A stretch of DNA of 64,000 nt from Aplysia californica (lineage: Eukaryota). Below, one piece after another: positions 49,986 to 60,907 of this stretch; the first letter of the stretch is position 1, and each line of letters begins with the position of its first letter. The notes beneath the pieces were generated by a model that had not been told where the DNA came from, searched no databases, and saw only the letters and a list, made by a program, of their open reading frames with translations. Made by a program: the position numbers and the translations under genes. The stretch spans positions 671,142 to 735,141 of the forward strand of contig NW_004797591.1 in NCBI RefSeq assembly GCF_000002075.1, written 5' to 3'.

Positions 49986-51691
49986 GTCAAAACGATACTG
50001 TTATACATGCATGTGTATGCCTGACTGAGAGACTGAAGAAATAGTGTGTGGGAATGAGAAAGAGAGAGACACACAGAGAGAGGGAGAGACAGAGAGAGAG
50101 AGAGAGAAAGACAAAGACGGAGAGAATGGAAATGTTGTTCTATTTATAGAGAGCGAATGTTTTTATAGAATGTTTCTAACTATTCAAGTTTCATTTTTAT
50201 TATGACCGTTCATGAGTTTTTATTGCGTTCTATATTTTTAGTGAACGCCTGGCCAGGCTCGCTGTGTGACTATTTTTTTAATAGAAATTTTTATAAATAT
50301 AATATACATATATATTTATAATACTATGTTTTATGTACACACATGTTCATTAATTTTTAAGCCAGTTTGACAATCGCAGTTTTCTGCATTGTGTTAGGAA
50401 TCTCTTAATAAAAGTTAATACCTGTATGAAAATGCATTTTATGCCACATATTAATTTACTAGAACAGTTAAGAGTTATTTTGTTTTTGCATACTGTAATG
50501 TATTTTGTTGTGTGACAGCTTGCCATAATCAGGAAAAATGGAAGCTCTAAGAAAATCTATAATGTAATAGCTATGTTATAATATAATATTGTTAATGAAA
50601 AATTAGGCAGTTGTAAACCTGTGTTTTAAGATTTTTTACTGTTTCGCAAAAAGAAAAAGACCCTTTCCTTCCTTTCTGCTCATAGTGTTTTATAGCAACA
50701 ACAGGAAGGGGAGGAAATCTAAACACGAGAACAGCCTTGAGATCAATAGTCCAATAGCCATAAAGTGTTAAAGCTGTGCTACACTTTGCATTAGTTCCAT
50801 AATAATAAGTGCAGTGTGAAATAGGCCAGGTGTTTAAAACAATTATCTGAGAGGAAATTGTAAAGTATTTTTTTTTGTCTGATAGATTAACAAATATCAA
50901 GAGTTTGTGTATTGTTTAGCAAACCCAGGAAATAATTCTAAATATTTTATGCTGTAGCACAATCACAGACAAAAGCATATAAATGTAAACTACATGCTGC
51001 GTGTAGCGTCAACTTTTCAACTATTTNNNNNNNNNNNNNNNNNNNNNNNNNNNNNNNNNNNNNNNNNNNNNNNNNNNNNNNNNNNNNNNNNNNNNNNNNN
51101 NNNNNNNNNNNNNNNNNNNNNNNNNNNNNNNNNNNNNNNNNNNNNNNNNNNNNNNNNNNNNNNNNNNNNNNNNNNNNNNNNNNNNNNNNNNNNNNNNNNN
51201 NNNNNNNNNNNNNNNNNNNNNNNNNNNNNNNNNNNNNNNNNNNNNNNNNNNNNNNNNNNNNNNNNNNNNNNNNNNNNNNNNNNNNNNNNNNNNNNNAAAC
51301 ATATGCTTTGGAAGATTTGAAATGACTTATTTTAGAGAATATAAATGTTTCTCCATGTGTCTCTTTATCTGCTATAGTTGTATAGCAGGGATGTTTTTCA
51401 ACAATAGAGAAAGCTAGGACTAAGATTTTAAACAAGCTGCTCTCTTGTTTTTCTTTCTGTGTTTTCAAGTGATCAATTAAAAAAAAAATAGTTGTTTTAA
51501 TGGGTTTACGTAGCTGTTGGATATATAGATCTATATCTATTTTTTGCTATGCTGTAACACGATGAGAGATCTGTACCAGCAATAGAGAGACTTGAAAGCC
51601 AGCAGAATCTCCTTCAACTGATCAGTATTTTTTTTCCTTCTCATTTCAGATATCTTTGGCATATATTTGTTATCCTGGCCTGCTCATCACC

Positions 51692-53536
51692 ATGGATAAA
51701 AGTAAAACAGTAATCCTGGAGATAAGTTCTGAGGACAGTCGCAGCTTGGAGACGGCCTTCAAAGGCATTGTGGCTGCTGTGTTCTATGGCGTATGCTCTG
51801 TTTCCTCTGCGTTTGTCTCCAAAGCTCTGATGGACACTCTCGACTTTGATTATCCAGTGACTATCATGGTGGCTCAGATGATTTTTACTATCGTGGTACT
51901 GGAGTTGTTGAGCATATTCCGGATCATTGAACTGCAGGCATTCACCCTAAAAAGGGGTTTGTCATTTGCGGCACCCTCGTTTTTTTATGGGACCAATGCT
52001 GTTTTAGCACTGACGGCTCTTTCACACATGAACATTGCGATGTACGGTGTGCTTAAGAGATGTGTTCCACTTTCTACCATGCTTTTGTCTGTGATTGTGC
52101 TTAAAAAAGGCTTTCCGTCTCGAAAAACTACGTCAGCTGTCGTGTTGTTGACAACTGGATGCGTCATAGCAGGTAAGATATAAGAAAAAAAACTGTTGGT
52201 TGGAGCCAAGGTGTTAAAGGTAAGTGATGTTTCCTTTCCATATGTGTATGTTGAAGGCTGGTTGAGAGTAATTTTAAACATGTATTGTTTGAGCTAGTTT
52301 TGTACAAATTGAGATATTGACTTTTAATGGGTGTTGTGCCTACAGTGTTCTATTTCAAGGTACATATATTAAGATTCCTGAATTTTTCCTGTTGAAAATA
52401 TTCCTTCTGTGGGGGTGTGAGGACTTTTTGTCTGGCAGAATTTTAACAAATTGGTTCTTCTAAGTAAACTTCATTGTTGTCCATGCCTCACACCTATTCA
52501 TGTTAATAGAAAACATAGAGTAACAATAATTATTTTTTTGTATAAACCAGAAGCACAGGCCCTGAACACTTATTACTTGCTGTTTATGCATATATTATGT
52601 ATTTAAAAGGGTTGTTAAAATTTGAATGGACCAGCATGCATGAAACGTATCATCGTGTAAGTTGCTGAAATTGTATAATATTGTGAAGGGACTAGAGCCA
52701 CCAGGGAGTGGGCACTATAGAAGTGATTTTTTAATATCATCGTCATCATCGTCATCATCATTAATACATAATTATTATTATTATTTTTATTATTATTATT
52801 ATTATTAATACTATTATTATTATGAAAATATTTAAAAGAATTTTTTTAAAATTTCTTGTACTGGTAGTGATCTTTTCTCTTCTTCCATCATGAAGGTTAT
52901 GGTGACCTTGGCTTCAACTTGACTGCCTATATCTGTGGCATTGGCAGCAACTTCACGCAGGCCCTGTACCTCCTGCTGGTGCAGAAGTTCTCGGAGCGTC
53001 ATGTATCTGTGGTGGAGACGCTTCAGCTCAACAGCTTCAACACTTTGCCTTTGCTAACACTTGTAGCGCTGGTTAACGGGGAACTGTTCGCGGTGCATAG
53101 TTATCCCAAATTGACAGAACTTCAGTTTCTGTTAATGTTCTTCATGGCCATCAGCGTGGGCATGCTGCTGAATTACTCTCTGTTCCTCTGTACCAGTTTG
53201 ACCAGCGCCTTGACCACTAGTGTCGTCGGTGGCCTGAAGGCACTCGTTCAGACTCTTCTTGGCTTGGTGACATTTGGAGGCGTATCTCACAATATGGCTA
53301 CTTTCGTTGGGATCAGCATGAACCTGTCTGGCGGCATCGGCTACATCTGGGCTCGGTACACGGAGAATAAATCTGGGTTGCAGAGCCTCAAAAAGGTCAT
53401 GAGCTTCTCACAAATTGGGAACTCTGGTCTGTCGAATGGTCAAGTTCAAAATGTAGAAAGGAATGGGTATCAAGGGGACGAGATAATGTCCCATCGCTCC
53501 ATAGCCACTCCCTCATCAAACTCTGAAGAGTCATGA
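51692..53536 (+). CDS. SLC35D3: Nucleotide-sugar transporter, SLC35D3-like (TPT/DMT superfamily), about 373 aa, exons 51692-52172 and 52896-53536
   Basis: Good-context accATGg start, GCAG|gtaaga donor, tgaag|GTTAT acceptor, phase 1. About 10 hydrophobic segments; motifs MYGVLKRCVPL, GCVIAG|YGDL, LNYSLFLCT..TSALTTSVVG. The single coding intron falls at AG|xGDL, as I recall for vertebrate SLC35D3. An acceptor at 51649 implies an upstream non-coding exon. Confidence 0.9.
52735..52823. repeat. (CAT)n/(TTA)n microsatellite in the SLC35D3-like intron
   Basis: Visible directly. Confidence 0.9.
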
Positions 53537-55114
53537 CGCACTGTGCTCATATTACATTTGTTCATTCCATTGTGTAGAGCATTATTTGCAATGTATATTC
53601 TTTAAAAAAGAATGAATTAAGGACTTGCTTTATACGTGCATGGCAAAGTAAGAATTCTGTCCTTGTGCTATGTTTAGCAGTAAGTATATAAATTGAAGTG
53701 GCCACAAAAAGTCTTTCTTTACAGCCTCTCATTGTTGCTGAAATTAAATTCTGTCAGATCAGTTCTAATGTCTATGGATTTTAGAAAAACTATTGTTATT
53801 GGGTTCTCTCCAGCCTGTCATTTACATTTTTTGGGGAGTTTACAATTTACCATACACATGTGTAAGGGTGCTTATTGCAGGGATTCTTTCTCTCTGGCTC
53901 CGGACACTGCCTTCTATTGTCTTTGTTATTGATGTTATTCTGATGGCTGAATGAACATGGCTTCCGTATTGTGATGTGCGTCTTGACTGCACTCAATACA
54001 GTGGTACGTCTCTGGTACCAACATAATAGACACTGAGAAACCTGTAGTCCCCCCCTTCCCCGAACTGCATACCAAAAATTCCCTCAAATCAGCAACTTTT
54101 TTTTCTTCAATGGGATCTGCAACACTTTTACATTAAAAAATGTTTGTGCCAACAGGGACAGCAAAAATTAAAGAGTAGTGGAATAATGAGTCTTCTTTAA
54201 TAGTGAAAGAAGCCAACCATGTCTCTGCACTGACTCACCAACTGCTCTTTGTCTGTCTGTACACCCTGCATATTAGTTCACTGAGGCTTGGCTTCTCCTT
54301 CCTTCTGTACACAAACACAATCATTACACTAGTGTTATCTGGGACTCTAAAATGCCACCTATTAACCTTTGGTCTTTTTTTCCTCTTATTTATGTAGCGG
54401 CAAAGTTTTAGTATCAGAATCAGGCTTGGTTATTTTTACCTAATTTCATTGCAGCCTCATCTGTAATCCTTTGTTGTATCATATTTATTTGCCGTAAATA
54501 TTCAAAATGACATTTGGGGTTTTCATGTTTCTGGTTTTCAGGGTCTTAAATGTTTTTATATAAATTTAGCTTTTTGTTTTTCATTTGCCTTCGTAAGTTT
54601 CATGGTCATATTTAGACCTACCCATAATACACTTAATTGGAATGTCAGACTGGATTTTTGGACTGCCTGATGGAGTATATTGTTGGTTATGTTTTTGGGG
54701 ACGGGGATGACATTTTCAACTGTTTCCAGCTTTTGGTTTGTTGAGATATGGAGATATTTTGTGTTTCAGAACTTAAAAGTGTTTTGATTGTTAAAAAAAA
54801 AAAGAAACAATATAACAAACGTATATAAGTTAAACATATCCATTAAAATGTTATGGAATCAATTTTCTATAATGTATTCAGTGTTTTCATTGAGATATTA
54901 AGGATGTTACAGCTTTGGAGGAGACATATATTATTGGTTCTGGTGTGTGACTTTTCATCTAATGTAGCTTGTAATTTAGTTGAAGTGCCAGCTTCCAAGT
55001 TTAATGAATATGTTCCTTAATATGAGCAAACAATCAATATTCCTGTTCCTGAATTCATCATGCTATAGTTTATATAATATGTCGATGTCATTGTGTCTTT
55101 GTAAATCTGACTTT

Positions 55115-55522
55115 GGACCCCCCCTAGGGGCTGTGCTACTGATTGAAGTGTCTTTAAGCCATTCCCAAAGTGGGGACATTACAATGTTCTGTTGCTCAGT
55201 AGAGTTTTAAATGAGCTGATTCATCAATGTCATGCTCATGACTGTGCCGGAATTGCAACAGAGAATTGCTGCTTTTTCTTTCCTCATCCTTACTATTGTC
55301 ATTTTCCTCTACTTCTTTTGTATGTTTGTCACTCTCTTGTGACCCACTATTTCCAGGGTGCCTTGATAGCCAAAGTAGACTTTGTGCTGTTGAACCTAGA
55401 GAGGTGAGCAGAGTAAGCCCAATTCCCTGTAAGGACTTCTCTGTTGACATTCACCCCTTGGCACTCATATGACCGTATGCAGTTGCGAGTGCCGTAAAAC
55501 CTCTACTAAAAAAGTAATTTAA
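55115..55522 (+). mobile_element. 5'-truncated retroelement 3' end sharing the tail of SINE family A
   Basis: 12-bp TSD aaatctgacttt (55103-55114, 55523-55534); ends in tatgaccgtatgcagttgcgagtgccgtaaaac...aaaaaagta. Confidence 0.75.
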
Positions 55523-56095
55523 AAATCTGACTTTAAAGATTCTTTGGGCAAATGCAAGTATAAGTTTAGCTGTTGAATATGGTTGTTTGTATTGCTGTTT
55601 CTAAAGCTAATATAATTTTTTTTAAAGGGTGAAGTTATCTTATTATGTTTGTAAATGTTGGATCAAATAATCTTTAACTGTTTTTGTACAATGTGGAACT
55701 CCCTACAGGAGAGACATTCATGAACAGTTATTGGAGCACAGATTGGAACTGCTAAATCTGCATTACATTTTTAGATAGATTTTGATTTATTTGAATTTAG
55801 GAATGAAGCAAAAGTTAATGTCATATTCTTATAACATCCTTTAATGAATTGCTTTGATCCAAAGGTGAACAGATGAATGTGCTAACACAACACGTTTTTG
55901 TAACATTTTAATCTTTACTCAGCCAGTCTCGATCTCTATGCTAGCTGTGTGACTTTTTCCTGGGGGGGTTCAAGCCATTTTGGAAGTGCGAAGATTTGTC
56001 TTATCTTTTTTCCCGACTAAAGTGGGACTTGGCCTCTTTAATATTTCTGTAATTTCAGTCTGAGTGACTCCTTACAGCAAGCCTTTTTATTGTCA

Positions 56096-56166
56096 ATGAA
56101 AATATTTAGACAATTACACAATTCCATAAAATATAATGAATTGTGTAATTGTCTAAATATTTTCAT
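56096..56166. repeat. Perfect 29-bp inverted repeat with a 13-nt loop
   Basis: atgaaaatatttagacaattacacaattc (56096-56124) / gaattgtgtaattgtctaaatattttcat (56138-56166). Confidence 0.95.
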
Positions 56167-57464
56167 ATGCTTTAATTTCTTATTATGAGACTTTCCAGAC
56201 ATCCTTTAGTTACTGAGTGTCTGTATGAGATTTTTCCTGACTTCCCCTCCCCTTTGAGTGTCTGTGTGTGAGAATTTCCAAATGTCCTCAATTGTTTGAG
56301 TACCTATTTATGATGTATCTGTCATCATGTCATTATTTCCATAAGTGCCGCCTTTTATCATTTCGTTCTTCCAAGGCTCTCCTTTGTTCACAGTATTTTC
56401 AGACATGTGAGGTGAAACACTATATAATGTTCATTCCGAAGCTTTTTAAGAATTAATAACTGCTGGTGTCTGATAGAATGCCTAGGTGGTCACAAGCAGA
56501 AAGTTCGCTTCAAGTTATCAATCTTTTTGCTCTTTCAAAATCGAATACTCATAATATGTAAAGTTCATGAAGCAGAAGAAATAAATAACAAGTTGATGTG
56601 AGGGGTGCTGACGAACTTACTTACTTCGCTGATTTTAGTTGTATGGAAATAGAAGTAAAATATATGGTTTGAGTTTGTACAATTCATTAGTATGAAATGA
56701 TGAAAGACATTATATTTAACTTGCTGAAAGTGGCATCAGTAGAAAATCTACAAATTGCTTTGTTGATTGTTTACCAATATCTCCATTCATGGATAGCGAC
56801 AAATAACTCATTTTGTCAGCAGGCCTGGTGCATATATTATGATGTTTTGTATGCTTTATGCAAATTTAGGGCTCTGTGGCAAAACCCACTATGAATCAAA
56901 CTAACGTTAAAAAAAGTTTTTCACTTATCTCCATCCTGGTTTCGGACTCTCTCGCCCAAAACTCGCTCTGTATCTTTTTGACAGCATCAGGAATCTCCTT
57001 TTCTTGTGTCTGCATCTTTTACTGGAATTGTTTTATCAGTTTTTTGTTCCATTGGGCCATTCAAATGTAGCGATATGGGTGAACTGTCTGTTTAAAGTTT
57101 GCAACTTTTATTTCTGTTATTATGGGGAGCTGTCTCTTGATAAGATGTGGGAGTCACAGTGTGGCTAACATTTTGTACTGCTTATAGGCCTGAAACTACT
57201 AGTGGTTTATTCTCTATTTATTTTCCTACTTCCTTTTGCCGTCCAAGTGGTTTGAAAGTCTAATACAGCTTCAGTATTGTTTTGTTGACTTTAGTTCTTG
57301 ATTTTTAGTAGGTCTTTCTGCTCTGACATTATAACTAAGACTTACAAGCCAAGCTGTTTGACATGTATTTATATGTATTGTAATGAGCTCACAGGCAGCT
57401 CAGTACAGTTTTAGCAGTATAATCATCTCTAGTTATTTAGGGTTGTATACTTTGTTATTATGCT

Positions 57465-57595
57465 GAAGCCACGAGAAAAGCCTGTAAGCAGTGCATCTCC
57501 ATGAGTGGACATGAAGCTTTTAAATGGCCAAAATGTGGCAAACTCTTCTCTTCCAGACTTTTTCTCACAGGCCATATCAGGAGCCACAAGTCATT
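57465..57595 (+). mobile_element. Probable RTE LINE 3' remnant (terminal C2H2-like motif)
   Basis: FKWPKCGKLFSSRLFLTGHIRSHK resembles the CxxCxRxFxSRIGLxSHxRxH end of RTE ORFs. Confidence 0.45.
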
Positions 57596-58912
57596 TTGGC
57601 CCTTATTTCTTCTATTTCCCCTTAAGAAATGCTATCCTCAGCAGATGGACTGGTCATTGTCAGAAAAATATGGACAAATTATCATTATTGTTATTATTTT
57701 GTTTTTGCATCCTGAAAAGTATACATTTTTTCTGTAACTGAAACCCTTTGAGTAAATAATGTGGATGCCTGGGTGAGCGTTACTTTTTTCCCACATGCCC
57801 TGTCGGGCAACCGACATTATAACCATCTACTTGCCGAGAAGGAAAGTCAACTTGCCCATTTCCAAACATGAAAACCGTTAGACTGTCTAGATCTAAATAT
57901 CAAGAAAGGGAAAATTTGCAAATAGTACTGATACATGATATAAAATAATAAAATCATGTGTTGATATGCTAGTACATGTAATCTGCTTTAACATTGAATA
58001 CTTTATTTTTATACTTTTCTTTTTAATTATCTCATGAATATTATGGCCAAACACAAATTCCAAAACGTTCCCTGTCTTCATGATGTGTTTATGTCTGTTT
58101 TATACTCTCCTAGCTCTGTCACCACTTTGCCACCACCTTTCTAAGGCAAGTGTCGCATTGTAGTCCATAATATCTAGCGTCGCATTGTAGTCCATAGTAC
58201 CTAGCCCTTCCATGCCGATGTGCATCAACATGGACAGGACATCTGTGTTGAGCTTTTCCCTCCAGTCAGATCTGATTCGCTTACATGGCTAAAAAATTCC
58301 ATTGCAATCACTTCCTTGTTCTCACACCGGGTATGAAACTGTCGCCATGACCCAGTTTAGACTAGATCTAAAGCAAGGAAGTGATAGTCTAAAGGTCTAG
58401 GCCTANNNNNNNNNNNNNNNNNNNNNNNNNNNNNNNNNNNNNNNNNNNNNNNNNNNNNNNNNNNNNNNNNNNNNNNNNNNNNNNNNNNNNNNNNNNNNNN
58501 NNNNNNNNNNNNNNNNNNNNNNNNNNNNNNNNNNNNNNNNNNNNNNNNNNNNNNNNNNNNNNNNNNNNNNNNNNNNNNNNNNNNNNNNNNNNNNNNNNNN
58601 NNNNNNNNNNNNNNNNNNNNNNNNNNNNNNNNNNNNNNNNNNNNNNNNNNACACAATGACAATTAATAACAATAGGCTTAGCTGTCCTAGAGCGGATTAA
58701 TAGCCTGTGCCAGTGTCATCGATGGATGCCAGCATTAAGAGAATACTCAAAGATAATGACTTCCCCGGTCCTGCAGATTTTAAGCAGCCATTCTACCTGC
58801 CCGACCATGGGTCTCAATATTCCGCTATTTAGCGGATTTCCCCTACCGCCATTTCCTCCGCTAAACTCCGCTACCGCGACAGCGGGCCAATCAGAAAGAG
58901 AGTTGTTGGAAG

Positions 58913-60272
58913 CAGGGTGACTGCCAGGCCCTGGGAATTTTTAAAAAATCGCAGAGACCCGGGTAAATACATAAAAGATCTCGAATATTTGGAAACCAAA
59001 TCCAATAACGTCTTTAAGTTCATTTCTGCCGGTCGCGATTGTGATATTAATTCGTCTCTGAGAGTACGCTTCACGCGAACTAGCGGCTTTGGCGGCAAGC
59101 GGAATTGTGTCACCATGGCTCGACTGACTGGAAAATCAAGATCTTCTTTCGCTTTCGTTACCCCCCAGAAATTTGTCAGTAATTGTCTGATAACCCAACA
59201 ATTATTGTAACATGCAGGTTCGGCATTACAAACGTGGTGTCGCCATGAAATAAATCAATATTTGTCACTGTGTCGTCACTTGTGGGGGCAACAAAAAAAA
59301 AACAAAAAAAAAAAAAGTTGCAGATTCTTGTCGGGCTCGTCATTGTGACCGGTCAATGAACCTACGCGCGTTCTGAGCGCTGCGAAGTACAGGACTCTGG
59401 AATGGGGGGAGATTATTGATTTTAAAAAAAAGACGCACTCAGGGATAGGGCTGGACGCAACACCAGAGGACAAAAAAACATACTGGAAGCAAATGTTTAA
59501 TGTTTAGAATTTGGATTACTACTGTAGTACTACCACAGCTCTCTACAAAGTAAAGTGTGCGTTGGTGCAGGTCTTGTGTGAAATCGGGAACTGTCATAAC
59601 TTGTAAGTGTGTTATGGAACTTGGGGCCTAAGGGTTCGCGTTTCATTGGATTGGTGACAGTAAATTAGATCTCTATATTTTAGCTTTCTGTTCAAGATTC
59701 GCAGATTTTTAGTATCACTGCATCTTTCCCCGCCCGACCCCCCCCCCCCCCCCCCAGTTCTTACACCTTTCACACTGAATAGGTCTACTTGGGCTATTCT
59801 ACTCTACTTTGAGTTTGAGCATTAATGTTTGTCTTTCACGTTCATTATATAGACCTATATATATGATATGAATCATGACGGTCAATATTCTGGTTCTAGG
59901 CACAAAACAAGATTCATTTTTATATATAGTTTATATATACTGGCGAATATGATGAAGGGAAAATATTAATAAGTCGCACAAGACCCCAGGCGCCACCACT
60001 TTCTGTAGGTAATCAAGATTGTAAATATTTGGTACGTGACTCTTATTTGAAATTATCTCCCAAACCCTCAAATTGGTGTGAAATAACCTTGCTTTAATAA
60101 ATTGATGGTTTTTATTTCAGCATTTTAGGGTTCAACAGTATAATAATAATGGGTGTTTCGCGAAAATGGGCTTCTGTGGCGATCACCCGGAAAGTTCCTC
60201 CTTTTTTAGAATTCTGAGTTGAGACCCATGCCAACGGAGGTGGTTACCTGCCCCGGGCAGTCAGGCAGTCCT
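58913..60272. mobile_element. Possible hAT-like element with a CpG-rich interior
   Basis: Starts CAGGGTGACTGCC, the reverse complement of the ggcagtcaccctg terminus near 44073-44085. The right end ggcagtcaggcagtcc is imperfect and no TSD was found. Confidence 0.35.
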
Positions 60273-60677
60273 TAATGTTCTCCCCTGGGATGGTTCTATG
60301 TTTTGATGAGTGGCTTGAAGCTTAATAACAGCAGCATTGATATCTGGCCAGTGTCATTAAGAGACAAGAGAAGGGGTGGGATGTTCACATTTAGTAAAGC
60401 TTCAAACTTTATGCCTTCTACTACAGTAACTGTTTTGCTGTTTCTTGCCAACATGTTTATTGTTAATGTTGCAAATGATAAGTATTTTATGTCACCGTTA
60501 ACTCAGTTTGTCATTTTGGAAACAGGTTGCTTTGATACTGCCTCTTCCCTACATGAAGATAAAAGTCTCATGTTCTTTTGTCTTTACACCACAGATGGAA
60601 GTTTGCCACCTAAAAACTAAAGCTTGTCATTGTAACATGATACATTCTGTTATGTGAAAAGATGTGAAAGAGAGAGT

Positions 60678-60907
60678 GGCGTTGATGCCCTAGTGGTTAG
60701 GCTACCGGGCTCATGATCATGAGATTGCGGGTTCCGGGGTTCGAGCCTCAGCTCGGTCTGATGTTGTGTCCTTGGGAAAGGCACTTTACATGAATTTCCT
60801 GTTTGGCTCGGGCCTTTCGGAGATGGATGTTAAACTCGGAGGTCCCGCCTCTAAAATAACCTAATAGTGTTGATAGGGGCGTTAAACTTACCATTTCACC
60901 ATTTTCA
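60678..60907 (+). mobile_element. tRNA-derived SINE family B
   Basis: A box (CCTAGTGGTTAGG), B box (GGTTCGAGCC), CORE-like ttgtgtccttgggaaaggcactttac, Deu/Nin-like ctttcggagatggatgttaaactcggaggtccc; approximate TSD agatgtga..gagagt. Confidence 0.8.

Noticed and set aside
56663-56830. Similarity to 63363-63530
   Set aside because: Ordinary old dispersed repeat with no termini or coding signal.
57501-57737. Zinc-finger gene candidate
   Set aside because: Single degenerate finger lacking the first Cys; better explained as an RTE C-terminal remnant.
60678-60755. tRNA gene
   Set aside because: No proper acceptor stem, and it continues into a SINE body; the same applies to 1488, 16888 and 27208.
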